DNA of 61,736 nt from Patescibacteria group bacterium. Lineage in GTDB: Bacteria > Patescibacteriota > Microgenomatia > UBA10105 > UBA927. Location of the stretch: the NCBI GenBank assembly GCA_018821245.1, contig JAHJMO010000001.1, forward strand, positions 1 to 61,736. The letters run 5' to 3'. The notes under the pieces are model-generated. The model searched no databases, had not been told where the DNA came from, and saw only the letters and a list, made by a program, of their open reading frames with translations. Both the position numbers and the translations under genes were made by a program. Of this stretch, positions 19,794 through 30,317 are shown piece after piece (within the stretch, counting starts at the first letter, position 1; every line of letters begins with the position of its first letter).

Positions 19794-19976
19794 TTCTTAT
19801 TGTTTTTCCACATTTCCACATTTTTGTTCATTTTATCCACAAACTTATCCACTTTTTTCCTATTTTTTATCCTCTCTTAATCCACGTCCGAAAAAAGCCA
19901 CATTTCTCGCAGTTGACAGCCAAAGAAAAAAACCATACACTTTTCAACACCGATTATTATTTACTGCTACTATAGT
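19794..19976. other. Replication origin oriC (dnaA-dnaN intergenic)
   Basis: AT-rich, with co-oriented DnaA boxes TTTTCCACA 19804, TTATCCACA 19833, TTATCCACT 19845, TAATCCACG 19878 and TTTTCAACA 19941, followed by a DnaA-trio-like tract. Confidence 0.85.
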
Positions 19977-21080
19977 ATGAACATATCCCTTCTTCAGGAA
20001 AATTTATTAAAAGCGCTAACGAGAACAGGAAGAATTGTCTCAACCCGTCCCCAAATTCCGATTGCAGGAAACGTTCTTTTGGATGCAAAAAACGGAGGTC
20101 TAAGTATAACCAGCACAAACCTGGAAACATCAGAAACGGTTTGGGTTGGAGGAAAAGCGGAAAAAGAAGGATCTGTGTGTGTTCCATCACGCCTTCTTAC
20201 GGAGCTCGTTTCTTCCTTTCCTGCCGAAACGGTTCATCTGGTTGTGAAAGATGAGAAAATCCACATTTCGTGTTCGGGTTTTTCAGCAACGATTCCCGGG
20301 GTTCCGGCAGGGGAATTTCCTCCTGTTGAACCGCCACCCAAAGGAGGAGAAAAAATTAACAAGGAAACGCTGGTTGGGGCGCTGTCTCTCGTGTTGTTTG
20401 CCGCTGCCACAGACGAGGGGAGGCCGCTTCTGACCGGCATAAAGATGGTGTCTGGGGATGGAGGCACGACGCTGGCCGCCACAGACGGGTATCGTCTGTC
20501 AACGAAGACAATTGCTTTTTCATTAAAGCAATCAACCGACATGGTGATCCCGGCAAGAACACTGTCTGAAGTATTAAAAATTTCTTTGGAAGAAAAAGAC
20601 GCGAAAGACGTAGTTGTTACCGCAATAAAAGACGGACAGCTTATCTTTTCCATAGGGGACACCAACATTATGACACGCCTTATAGCAGGGGACTATCCTG
20701 ACTATAAAAAAATTATTCCAAAGGCCTTTAACACACGTGCGCTCCTTGAGAAAGAACCGCTTGCCCGCGCCGTAAAGTCAGCGGCGATATTTGCCCGCGA
20801 CAATGCAAACATTGTTCGTTTTACGCTCGACAAACAGAGAGTTATTGTGTCAGCAAACACACCAAACGTTGGAGAAAACAGGATAGAAATTGACGCAAAA
20901 ATTGACGGAGAAGGAGGGGAGATCGCGTTCAACAGCAGGTTCCTTTTGGAGTTCCTTTCGGCTTTCCCGGGTGACGAGGTTTTATTTGAAATGACCGGCG
21001 CCCTAAACCCCGGGGTCTTTAGGCCGGTTAAGGACGACTCATATCTTCACATCATCATGCCCGTCCGGATCACCTCGTGA
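19977..21080 (+). CDS. dnaN: DNA polymerase III beta clamp
   Basis: ATDGYRLS, RLIAGDYPDY, IAFNSRFL and IIMPVR motifs; follows dnaA. Confidence 0.98.
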   Translation: MNISLLQENLLKALTRTGRIVSTRPQIPIAGNVLLDAKNGGLSITSTNLETSETVWVGGKAEKEGSVCVPSRLLTELVSSFPAETVHLVVKDEKIHISCSGFSATIPGVPAGEFPPVEPPPKGGEKINKETLVGALSLVLFAAATDEGRPLLTGIKMVSGDGGTTLAATDGYRLSTKTIAFSLKQSTDMVIPARTLSEVLKISLEEKDAKDVVVTAIKDGQLIFSIGDTNIMTRLIAGDYPDYKKIIPKAFNTRALLEKEPLARAVKSAAIFARDNANIVRFTLDKQRVIVSANTPNVGENRIEIDAKIDGEGGEIAFNSRFLLEFLSAFPGDEVLFEMTGALNPGVFRPVKDDSYLHIIMPVRITS

Positions 21081-21103
21081 TAAACTGGCGGGCGGATGTG
21101 CCC

Positions 21104-21661
21104 CTAACGGGCGTTGCCCCCGGTTAATTCAGACGTGGAGTATCCCCGAAATTCAGGCAACAGAAGAATCGTCCCAAGGGGGGCGGGCTTAAAATACCAC
21201 ACTTCATAAACCACGTCAGATGGCTCGTTGGCCAGAAAAGCAACCCCCAGATCGGCGAACGCAAACACGTACTGACCGTAAGCAGACTCTCTGCCGTATA
21301 ATTTGACGCCCTGTCCTCCAACCAATGCCAGCCTGGACGAGAGCGAGGCGCTTTGCGTGGCAAACACATGTTCGCGAACGAACGAAACGACATCGTCGCG
21401 CACGACAACGGTAGTGTCCCAATAGGAGCTTTCTCCCTGGTAATACATTTTGGATTCGTCGGTACCCAAATCAATTTTTTTGGGTTGACCCAAACGTTCA
21501 ACAACATCACCCTGCGTATCCCCGGGCCCTATACCCATCCACGCAGCCTGCGGCGGCGGTAGCGGCGTGGAGGAGGGCGGCGGCTTTGGGCGGGAGAGGG
21601 AAAGAAAACCGACAACAACACCCGAAATAACTATTAAAAATAAAAACAACAGTCTTTTCAT
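21104..21661 (-). CDS. Secreted or membrane-anchored hypothetical protein
   Basis: Signal or TM segment MKRLLFLFLIV, Pro-rich linker, then GIGPGDTQGDVVERLGQP. Starts 7 bp after the zincin gene. Confidence 0.6.
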   Translation of the reverse strand: MKRLLFLFLIVISGVVVGFLSLSRPKPPPSSTPLPPPQAAWMGIGPGDTQGDVVERLGQPKKIDLGTDESKMYYQGESSYWDTTVVVRDDVVSFVREHVFATQSASLSSRLALVGGQGVKLYGRESAYGQYVFAFADLGVAFLANEPSDVVYEVWYFKPAPLGTILLLPEFRGYSTSELTGGNAR

Positions 21662-21668
21662 ATGTTTA

Positions 21669-24092
21669 TCATCGCCGTCCGCACGAAGAAGACGAAGGCG
21701 ACGACATCCCAAGAACACATTCGGCAAACTCAAAATGGCGAGGGAGGCTTTGTTTCAGAGCGCTGGCACCAACGACATATTGTGCCAGTGTTTCTGCAAA
21801 ATCCTCGCCCACGCTACTCCCCGCGTATGGCGTACTTCCCTCACTCATAATGCCCCAGCCCTTGAAATCTGTAAACCAGTGCGACCCGCTCACCCCGTGT
21901 CCGAGCTCGTGGGTTATGATAAATAATATATGTGCAACGCCGCCGTTATAAATATATATATTGCCGCCTGATTCCGTACACCCCCAGTATGTTCCCGACC
22001 AGTTAATGCGGTATACCCGTACGCCCTGTGGACTAGAGGAGTCAACGAGCGCCATAAATTGAGGATAGCTGTTTCTCAGTTTTGCAAACGCGCCCAAAAC
22101 AGACGCCCATTCGCCCGGCGGCCAGGACACCGACGCACCGTCTTTATTGCAAGCGGCGGATACCGGCTGTATCCCGGCCTCCCCCGCAATGGCGGTTCCC
22201 ACGGTTGGTGACCCAACAACAACGCTTGTGTTTATACTCTTTTCCTCGGCTGAACCTTCGGCAGTGGTTGCCCTGACGGTAAGCGTGTTTACGATAATTG
22301 CGTCGCGCACCCCGGAAACGCTAATTGCGTAGGAAACAGACCCTGATTCTCCGGGGGACAGCGTTTTAATCGCGGAAAAATCTCCCGGGGAATCGCCGCT
22401 TATGGCGCCGCTTCCCCCATACGTTTCAAACGTGTCAGATACGGTTATGTCAAAAAGCTCTTTTTCTTTAGCGGCAACAACAATGGTGTATGTGATGGGT
22501 TGACTTGCCCCGTTAGGAAGACTGCCCGCCGAGGGGGTTTTGGTGGCTTCTATATACCGCGATCCGGGTTCATTTGTTGACTGCCGGGAAAGAGACACAC
22601 CAAGCGCACTTGTGCGTGCGGTGTCCTGCATCTGGGGGAAATTGAGAAAGGAGGGAAAAATGAACAAAAGCACAATTACCGCCACGGGGATGAGCGCGTA
22701 AAGAGTCGTGTTGTCTTTGGTGGATCCTGTCGGCGACCCTCCTCCAAACGTGCTTTTTGCCCAGTCGGATATGGCCCCGGTCGTTGGCAAAAGGCCTGGC
22801 AAAAATCCGCCGCCAAAGAATTTGGCAGCAGCATTTTTGAGAAACGAGACGATGGGCTTAATCAAAAACGAAGCGGCAGCCGCGACCCATCCCCACGGGC
22901 CGGAAAGGCCTTTAACAGTAAGGGTTAGTCCGGTCTTTATTACCGCGGCGACCGTAAGTTTTTTTGCGCCCTCTGCCGCCACGGCGCCGGCCACGCGCGT
23001 CGCACCCTCTTTTGCAGCATGCTTAACCCCACGACGCATGATCCAGCCGACCACATCGCTCAAAAATCCCAAGTGAAAAAAGTGGGGCTGCGATGCCGCA
23101 TATCCAAAATTCCACCACGTTATGCGGGAGGTATAAAACTGGGCGCTCTCGCCAAGCATTGCAAGCCGAAGATATGTCAGCGTGGCCTCGTCTGCCTGTG
23201 GGCGGAAAACGGTTGACGCAACATCGCCAACCACGTTTCGTATTCCTCCGAAAAGCCCCTTTAGTCCGCCCGGCTGTTTTCCAAACGCCGCGTTACCCCG
23301 TGCGATAGTTTGGATAATCGCCGGGGATCGTGCGGCGGTTCCAATAATCTGTTCGGCCCTGAACGCGGTTTTTTGCCAGGATTCATAAAGAATTTTATAT
23401 GCAGCATTATCTCCTCCAATAATGTCAACCAAAGGAGCAAGCAGTTTTTGCGGAATGGTTTTGGCCGCCGCGCGGAAAAAGACACCAGAAAGAGCGGGCC
23501 GGCCGGGTTCGCTTTCAGGAAGGGACGCAAACGCTTCGGCGGCACGGGCAAGTTTTTCTGCCTCGACAAACGGCGTTGGCGTATCCGGGTTTTGCCGCTT
23601 GAGTAAGAGGGCGACATCAAACAATATGTCTTTTCTTATAACCTCAGACATTAGAACGCCTCTGGTTATCTCGGACATTTCGAGATGCTCTGAGACCGCG
23701 TTTTGCAGGGAGACAGCCTCCTCCTCCGATAAGACCGTTCCCTGCGCACGAAGATTTCGGACGTATGCCACGGTCAGCTCGTGCGCAAACTTGCGCGCCG
23801 GGCGGCGCGCCGAAGCCCCTTTTTGTGTTTCCGGAGGGTGAAGGCGGGCGGCGACAGATGTTGCAAGCGCGTCCGGAACGACCGAGTCAATACTTTCTTT
23901 GGCGAACCCCTCTTTTCTGCTTTGTAAAGCGATTTTATTTATAAACCGCTCCACAGCCCCCCGCACCCGTTCGTCTCCCAAAAACCATGAGCCGATTTTG
24001 TCAAGTTCTCCGGCCAGCACGCGATAATCGTCAGGATACGCACCTTGTGCAAAAAGAAGCAATTGTACTGTTTCAGCGTCTTGTTTTGCCAT
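21669..24092 (-). CDS. T4SS-associated membrane protein with Ig-like domain and C-terminal zincin metallopeptidase domain
   Basis: Gly/Ala-rich hydrophobic segments, a TM helix, a DUF11-like beta domain and HELGH...EDFAE. Confidence 0.6.
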   Translation of the reverse strand: MAKQDAETVQLLLFAQGAYPDDYRVLAGELDKIGSWFLGDERVRGAVERFINKIALQSRKEGFAKESIDSVVPDALATSVAARLHPPETQKGASARRPARKFAHELTVAYVRNLRAQGTVLSEEEAVSLQNAVSEHLEMSEITRGVLMSEVIRKDILFDVALLLKRQNPDTPTPFVEAEKLARAAEAFASLPESEPGRPALSGVFFRAAAKTIPQKLLAPLVDIIGGDNAAYKILYESWQKTAFRAEQIIGTAARSPAIIQTIARGNAAFGKQPGGLKGLFGGIRNVVGDVASTVFRPQADEATLTYLRLAMLGESAQFYTSRITWWNFGYAASQPHFFHLGFLSDVVGWIMRRGVKHAAKEGATRVAGAVAAEGAKKLTVAAVIKTGLTLTVKGLSGPWGWVAAAASFLIKPIVSFLKNAAAKFFGGGFLPGLLPTTGAISDWAKSTFGGGSPTGSTKDNTTLYALIPVAVIVLLFIFPSFLNFPQMQDTARTSALGVSLSRQSTNEPGSRYIEATKTPSAGSLPNGASQPITYTIVVAAKEKELFDITVSDTFETYGGSGAISGDSPGDFSAIKTLSPGESGSVSYAISVSGVRDAIIVNTLTVRATTAEGSAEEKSINTSVVVGSPTVGTAIAGEAGIQPVSAACNKDGASVSWPPGEWASVLGAFAKLRNSYPQFMALVDSSSPQGVRVYRINWSGTYWGCTESGGNIYIYNGGVAHILFIITHELGHGVSGSHWFTDFKGWGIMSEGSTPYAGSSVGEDFAETLAQYVVGASALKQSLPRHFEFAECVLGMSSPSSSSCGRR

Positions 24093-24099
24093 AGTGTTT

Positions 24100-25938
24100 T
24101 CAGGCTAGCGGTGATTGTTGTTCATCGGAAACAGTCTCTACGGTAAACGTCGGCCGGCCCTCCTTTCTTGCTTCAAGTTCCTGAGGCCTGGTGTTTGACA
24201 GCTCGTGTTCCTCGGGGCTTGCAATGACGCGCATAGAGGCGTGAGCGGGGCCGGCAAAAAACAGCCCCTCGCCGACGCCCGCGGAAAGAAGGAGCTGTTT
24301 TTCTCCCTCTGATAAATAAAACACACCGGCAACCTTGTCGATTGCGGCGGATGATTGTTTGAGCAATATCTGCATGCTGCTGTTTTGGATGATCGCGCGG
24401 CCAAGCTCAACAGACAGAAAATCCTCAACGTCTTGGGTAATGGTGGTTAAACCCAGATAGTATTTGCGCGCCCGCTTGGCAATGGAATACAAAAACTTTG
24501 CGCTGTCGGGAAACTTCATGAGGTACCACGCCTCATCAACGACCAAAATCCGGCGTTTTGTGTCGCGTCGGATCTTTGTCCAAATATAATCAAGGACAAG
24601 ATACATGGCGATCGGACGAAGTTCTTCTTCAAGGTCCCGGATCGAAAAAACCGTCAGCGGGTTGCGGATCTCTACATTTGTCTGCTGGTCAAATATTCCA
24701 ACAAGGCTTCCTTTGACAAACTTTTCAATGCGGTCAGCAAGCCCTCGCGCAAGCGGCTCTTCCATCCCCACGAGGGTTTTGTAGAGATCTTCCATAAGCG
24801 GCGGTTCCTTTTTTTGTGTCTCCGGGTCCGGGGTAATGCCTTTTTGTTTGTATGTAAGGACAAGCGCTCGGTCCAGGATGGCGTCTTCAGATGGCGTCAG
24901 ATTGCCCATAACTACACGAAAAAACCCATGGAGCGACAAAATTTTTTGATTAAGCTCGCTTTCCACCTCGTTTCTACTCACAAGGGCCAGATCAAACGGG
25001 TTGATTTTTGTGGTGGCGCCGAAATGAAACCTTATGTATTCTCCGCCCAGGGCATGAGATAGCGCCTCATATTCACTCTCCGGGTCAATGACAATCACCT
25101 CTGTCTCAAACATGAGGGAGCGTACAATCTCCAGCTTGATGAGATAACTTTTGCCTGAGCCGGATTTACCAAAGACCACGGAGTTTGCGTTCTCCAGGGA
25201 AAATCGGTCAAACACAATGAGCGAGTCGTTGCCTGAATTTATACCGTACAGAATTCCTTCGTTTGCGGAAAGCTCGGAGGTCGTAAACGGGAACGTGGTG
25301 GCCAGGGACGTAGTGTCCATGTTTCGCGCTACAAGAAGCCGGTCTTGCCCCATGGGAAGCGTGGTTTTGATCCCCTCTTCCATTTGGAGAATTGCGCGTT
25401 TGCTGACAATGAGAAGAGAGGAGAGTGTTGCCTCAATCTGTTTTGTGGTTTTATCCAGATCGGCCTTTGTTTTGGCCGGAATCGTAACATACAGGCCGAA
25501 TTGGAAAAAGCGTTCCGCCCCTTTTGCCAACTCTTGTTGTAGAGAAAGAGCGTCTTCAAGCGCGACTTGTACCGATGGTTCAATTACGCGCCCGCGCTTC
25601 ATGTCCGACTGGATGGTTGCCTCCATTTCGCCCACCTTTCGCTTAAGGTTTTCCAAAACCTCTTCGGAACGCGTAGGGAAGACATACATGGCAATTTCCA
25701 GCGTGTGGTTGAACGAGATGAGCGGCTCGAGCCAGTTGGCGCTGACAAACCGCGGATATCCGGCAACAAACAGGGTGCGGTAATACCAGTCGCCAATCTT
25801 GAGGCAGTCAAAGTCTACCTCGATTGCCGGAGGGGCAATGACGTCTTTAATCAAAAGCGGACCGTGCGGGACCTGTGTCAGCGGATTTTTCCCCGCGCCG
25901 GAGTCAAGAGGCTTTTTGAAAAATGTTTTTAGGTCCAT
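24100..25938 (-). CDS. VirB4/TraC-like T4SS ATPase
   Basis: Walker A GKSGSGKS, VIDPESEY, INPFD, Walker B VVDEAW, and KRARKY motifs. Confidence 0.92.
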   Translation of the reverse strand: MDLKTFFKKPLDSGAGKNPLTQVPHGPLLIKDVIAPPAIEVDFDCLKIGDWYYRTLFVAGYPRFVSANWLEPLISFNHTLEIAMYVFPTRSEEVLENLKRKVGEMEATIQSDMKRGRVIEPSVQVALEDALSLQQELAKGAERFFQFGLYVTIPAKTKADLDKTTKQIEATLSSLLIVSKRAILQMEEGIKTTLPMGQDRLLVARNMDTTSLATTFPFTTSELSANEGILYGINSGNDSLIVFDRFSLENANSVVFGKSGSGKSYLIKLEIVRSLMFETEVIVIDPESEYEALSHALGGEYIRFHFGATTKINPFDLALVSRNEVESELNQKILSLHGFFRVVMGNLTPSEDAILDRALVLTYKQKGITPDPETQKKEPPLMEDLYKTLVGMEEPLARGLADRIEKFVKGSLVGIFDQQTNVEIRNPLTVFSIRDLEEELRPIAMYLVLDYIWTKIRRDTKRRILVVDEAWYLMKFPDSAKFLYSIAKRARKYYLGLTTITQDVEDFLSVELGRAIIQNSSMQILLKQSSAAIDKVAGVFYLSEGEKQLLLSAGVGEGLFFAGPAHASMRVIASPEEHELSNTRPQELEARKEGRPTFTVETVSDEQQSPLA

Positions 25939-25944
25939 ACTGCG

Positions 25945-26607
25945 TTATGTTTCCTGTCGCGGGAGCTTTTCCGGTTTTTCTATCTCTGGCGCCGGATCCT
26001 CCGGGTTATAGACGGAGAAAAACAGCCGTACAATTTGGTCGCTTGTCAATTGGTGAGCCTGAAGCCCTACGCGCGCCAAAAGCCTGAGAATGTGGTCGCG
26101 TCTTGGCGTAAGGGCCGTAAGCGCCCGTTCAAAAATATATGGCTTTTGGTACGGAAGCCCCTGTTTTTTCCCGCCAAGCAACGACCGCGCAGATAACCCA
26201 AGCTCAATGGCAGAAAAGGGGACGATGATATAAAATTTTTTGTCAAGGACATCCCTTTCTTTAACCGTTGTCGCGACGAACGACCGGTATTTGTGTATGC
26301 TCTCGGCAAGTTTGGGGCTTTTCTGTTTTTGTTCCTGCTCCTCAAGAAGGCTTAGATACGCCGAGATATCTTTATGGCGTGTTTGGATAAGAAGCTGAAT
26401 CGGGAATGAAAGCGAATTGAGAAACCCTGCATATGCATATATGATTGCGTCCTGCTCCTTTTCCGACAGAAGCCCGAAGTTGACGGCAGATGTGGCGATA
26501 ATAAGCGCGCATGAACCATCGCAAAAAAGAACGATATCTCGATCGACATCCTCTATTTCTGTAAAAACCTGCGTTGTTGATCTGATGGGCGCAATGGGTT
26601 GGGACAT
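25945..26607 (-). CDS. VirB4-associated conserved protein (resembles the TraC/ConE N-terminal region)
   Basis: VNFGLLSEKEQ...FLNSLSFPIQ; lies between the PrgI and VirB4 genes. Confidence 0.65.
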   Translation of the reverse strand: MSQPIAPIRSTTQVFTEIEDVDRDIVLFCDGSCALIIATSAVNFGLLSEKEQDAIIYAYAGFLNSLSFPIQLLIQTRHKDISAYLSLLEEQEQKQKSPKLAESIHKYRSFVATTVKERDVLDKKFYIIVPFSAIELGLSARSLLGGKKQGLPYQKPYIFERALTALTPRRDHILRLLARVGLQAHQLTSDQIVRLFFSVYNPEDPAPEIEKPEKLPRQET

Positions 26608-26615
26608 AATGGTTT

Positions 26616-27977
26616 TTATATTCCCTGGTTTCCAAAAATCTCTTTTTCCAGTTTTTCCCGGGTGAGCTCTTTTTGACTTTTGGCAAGGATTTCAATCGGC
26701 GGTAACACGCGGCCGCCAAGCGTTATCTGGGCTTTATCAAATACATATCGATCCCGGGGGTCTTCTACCTCAACGATGTATGTTCCATCCGGAAGGGGAG
26801 TAGAGGCCGCAAACTGACCAAGCTTATTGCTTTTGAGCGCTCTCAAGGGTACGCCGTCTTTGTCGCGCACCGTGATAAGCACTCCCGGTAGAAGTCCGCC
26901 CTCGCCGTCTTTGATAATGCCGGTAACAACGTTTGGAAAAGACGTCAGGCGCGGGATACCGGCTTTGACTGCGGCGTCCTTTGGAATCACGCGCACCGTA
27001 GGCCCTTTTGTGGCGGGTTGGGCGAAGCGCCCGGGAGCGGAAAAAGACCCGCGTCCAGCAAGCGGGGGTACGGCCCCCATAAAGGGCCGTTGAGCGCCCG
27101 GCATTGGCGGATACATGGGCGACGGCGGCTGCGATGCTTTTTTGTGAAGCGCCGCAAGCTCCTGCTCCAGCTTGTTTTTCTCAGACAATGTTTGCGCGAG
27201 CTGTTTTTGCATCTCAGCCATCTGCCCTTCGCTTGCAGCTTTAGCCTGAAGCTCAACCCTAAGCCCTTGGAGCTGCTTTTCCAGATCCAGGGTTTTTTGT
27301 TGGATCCTGTCGGCGCTTTGTGTGCTGTTTGGCGCCACACCTTCTGTCTCCGGGTGCTGTTGTCCCAAGCCCTGTTTATACCTCGCGGCATCCCGCCAAT
27401 CCGTTTGTATGGTTGGGTTTCCGAGAAACCAGTCTTTCAGCCACCTAAAGGGGTTGTACATGGGTAGCGGTACATTTTTCGACGGGTTCCCTGCCCCCTC
27501 GGTATCGTCTCCGGATGTTTGTTGGTCAGATCGTGGAACGCGAAAAAACGTATCCAAAAGCTGCGCCTTTGACGCAGTAGCCCCCCCGTTGTTTGATTGG
27601 TCTTGAGAGACGTTTGCCGACCCGCGATAAGGAGCCTGTGATTTTCTCCCGGCTTTGGGCACCACTATTGTTTTGGCGCTTGGGGCTTGTTGTCCCCTCT
27701 GCCACACATACTGCGTGGGACTATAGGCACTTTTAAAAAAGGAAAGAACCCACACGTCCATCGGCCGCTCTTCTATTGGAACAAATGCAAAGCCCACTCC
27801 CAGAAGTCCAAATCCGGCTGCGATCGGCCAGGTGAAAATTGTCGGCAAGGGGAGCTTATAGGATATATATGCACAAATTGCGCCCAAAGCCAGATACCCG
27901 AACTGTTTGAGGGTCATGTCGCCGATGAGGCGAAATTGAAACGTTGATACATTTTGAGGAACAGGGTGTTGCTCCAT
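26616..27977 (-). CDS. PrgI family (VirB3-like) protein with coiled coil and carboxypeptidase-regulatory-like C-terminal domain
   Basis: HPVPQNV...FRLIGDMTLKQF, two TM helices, EERPMD, coiled coil, then a beta-sandwich. Confidence 0.8.
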   Translation of the reverse strand: MEQHPVPQNVSTFQFRLIGDMTLKQFGYLALGAICAYISYKLPLPTIFTWPIAAGFGLLGVGFAFVPIEERPMDVWVLSFFKSAYSPTQYVWQRGQQAPSAKTIVVPKAGRKSQAPYRGSANVSQDQSNNGGATASKAQLLDTFFRVPRSDQQTSGDDTEGAGNPSKNVPLPMYNPFRWLKDWFLGNPTIQTDWRDAARYKQGLGQQHPETEGVAPNSTQSADRIQQKTLDLEKQLQGLRVELQAKAASEGQMAEMQKQLAQTLSEKNKLEQELAALHKKASQPPSPMYPPMPGAQRPFMGAVPPLAGRGSFSAPGRFAQPATKGPTVRVIPKDAAVKAGIPRLTSFPNVVTGIIKDGEGGLLPGVLITVRDKDGVPLRALKSNKLGQFAASTPLPDGTYIVEVEDPRDRYVFDKAQITLGGRVLPPIEILAKSQKELTREKLEKEIFGNQGI

Positions 27978-28121
27978 ACAAACAAAATATTTGAACCACT
28001 GTCATTGTAAAAGGTTATTGGGGGTGGCGCAAGTATGACAAAGCGCATTTGGATCGTGAAAACGACTATTTTTCTTTTCACGCGCGACATTACTCATCAA
28101 TAGGGTCGTTATTGTGATATC

Positions 28122-30317
28122 ATGAAAATCATGGAACATCCGATGGTGTTGCTTGAAGTGAAAAATTCCCGGGAAAGCGAAGAGTCGCCTGCGTCCATGG
28201 AGCAGGTGTTTTCGGCTCTTGGCGCGTCTCGCGGACACGGCGGTTTTTTTGCCCGTTTTTTCCGGTCGGGGGCCCCGCACGGGTTTATGAGTTTTGAAAT
28301 TGTATCAGTAAACAGCGGCATACACTTTTTTATATGCGTTCCGGAGGCAAGCCGCGCGTACGTAGAAAATCAACTTATTGCTCAGTATCCCAAGGTGCTT
28401 GTCTCTACCGTTTCTGACTATGCTCCTCACTTTTTCTCCCTTCCGCACGTTGCGGGACAACTGGTTTTGTCCAATAGCTTCTATTACCCCCTAAAAACAT
28501 ATATAGACATCAAAGACCTTGATATTTTGGCAAGTGTTTTGGGGCAATTGGCAAAGCTTTCTTCTCAAGAGGCTGCGGGCGTACAGTTGTGGATAGAGCC
28601 CGCCGGAAGCGCGTGGCAGCGCCGCGCCGCCGGCATCGTGGCCGCCGGAGTCCCTGACGCCAACTCAATAACCGGCCGCACCAAAGCGCATCCGCACGCC
28701 AGGCTTATAGAAACCAAAATACATCAAGTGGGGTTTCGCGTGGCAATTCGCGTTGTCGCGGTTTCTGCCACAGAAGGGCAGGCAGGCGAGCTTTTGGAGG
28801 CAATTGGCGGGACATACGGCGTATTTGGTCTTGGAGACGGAAACAGCCTGGTGCTTTCATGGCCGGCCTTTTGGCAGAAAAAAAATCTGGAAAAGGCCTA
28901 CGCGGCAAGAACCGGGGGGCTCTCTCCACGCCATCAGATTCTTAACGCGTCAGAGCTCGCCTCGTTTTGGCATCCTCCGTGGCTTGCCCTTTCTGCCATC
29001 AAAAACATATCATGGAGCGCGCCGGTCGGCGGGGAAGCACCGGAAAATCTCCCGGTTTCAGGCGACAACGAAGAAGAAAAAAAACTTATTAATTTCTTTG
29101 CCCGGACAGAATTCAAAAACAAAACAGTGACACTTGGTTTGAAAAAGGATGACCGCCGCAAACACGTATATATCGTGGGCAAAACAGGCACAGGCAAGTC
29201 AACGATGATTGCCAATATGGCAATTAACGACATGAGGAATGGCCAGGGCGTTGCTGTGTTGGACCCGCACGGAGATCTAAGCGATATTCTTTTGGATTAC
29301 ATTCCGTCATTTCGCGTGAACGACGTGGCGTATCTGGATCCGTCCGACACGGAATACCCGTTTCACCTCAACCCGCTTGAACTTAAAAACGAAGCGTTTC
29401 GTGAGCTTATCGCCTCCGGCATTGTGTCAATTTTTTATAAACTTTACCATTACAGCTGGGGACCGAGGCTTGAGTATATCTTGCGCAACACCATTCTCAC
29501 CCTTCTACATGTTCCGCAGTCGACACTTCTGCAGGTGCCGGAGGTGTTGACCGACGAAAAGTATCGCGCCAAAGTTATAGACAAGCTGGAAGACAAGGTG
29601 CTTAAAAATTTTTGGCTTCATGAATTTAACAAAATGAGCCCCCAGATGCGTTCAGAAGCGGTGTCGCCGATCCTCAATAAAGTCGGGCAATTTTTGTCCT
29701 CCCAAACCATCAGAAATATCGTTGGACACTCGGCGTCCACCGTAAATTTGGAAACCTTGATGAACGAGGGAAAAATCGTGATAGTCAACCTTTCCCAGGG
29801 GAAGCTTGGCGAGGACAATAGTGCGCTTCTGGGCGCCATGATTATTACCAAACTGCAGCTTGCCGCCATGAACCGTGTGTACCAGGCCGAAGAGGCGCGG
29901 CGCGATTTTTATCTGTATGTCGACGAGTTTCAGAATTTTGCGACGCAGTCTTTCATTAAGATTCTTTCAGAGGCACGTAAATATCGTCTGAACTTAACAC
30001 TCGCCAACCAGTATATTGGCCAGATTGATGAGGATGTGCAGAAGGCGATTTTTGGCAACGCCGGGTCTCTTGTGTCATTTGCGGTTGGTGCGGCAGACGC
30101 GCGGGTACTTGCCAAAGAATTTGGCGACAAATACACAGAAGACGAACTGGTTGGTATCGGCAATTACCGGGTGATCCTCAAGCTTTCTATCGACAACCTA
30201 ACGACGCGGCCGTTTTCCGCAACCACTCTGCCTTTGCCGCGCTCCAAGAACCAAAACAGAGAAAAGGTGGTGCGTTCAAGCAGAGAACGATACGCAAAAA
30301 AAGCTGATAGCTTATGA
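28122..30317 (+). CDS. VirD4/TraD-like type IV coupling ATPase
   Basis: HVYIVGKTGTGKST, DPHGDL, YVDEFQNF and SEARKYRL motifs. Confidence 0.88.
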   Translation: MKIMEHPMVLLEVKNSRESEESPASMEQVFSALGASRGHGGFFARFFRSGAPHGFMSFEIVSVNSGIHFFICVPEASRAYVENQLIAQYPKVLVSTVSDYAPHFFSLPHVAGQLVLSNSFYYPLKTYIDIKDLDILASVLGQLAKLSSQEAAGVQLWIEPAGSAWQRRAAGIVAAGVPDANSITGRTKAHPHARLIETKIHQVGFRVAIRVVAVSATEGQAGELLEAIGGTYGVFGLGDGNSLVLSWPAFWQKKNLEKAYAARTGGLSPRHQILNASELASFWHPPWLALSAIKNISWSAPVGGEAPENLPVSGDNEEEKKLINFFARTEFKNKTVTLGLKKDDRRKHVYIVGKTGTGKSTMIANMAINDMRNGQGVAVLDPHGDLSDILLDYIPSFRVNDVAYLDPSDTEYPFHLNPLELKNEAFRELIASGIVSIFYKLYHYSWGPRLEYILRNTILTLLHVPQSTLLQVPEVLTDEKYRAKVIDKLEDKVLKNFWLHEFNKMSPQMRSEAVSPILNKVGQFLSSQTIRNIVGHSASTVNLETLMNEGKIVIVNLSQGKLGEDNSALLGAMIITKLQLAAMNRVYQAEEARRDFYLYVDEFQNFATQSFIKILSEARKYRLNLTLANQYIGQIDEDVQKAIFGNAGSLVSFAVGAADARVLAKEFGDKYTEDELVGIGNYRVILKLSIDNLTTRPFSATTLPLPRSKNQNREKVVRSSRERYAKKADSL

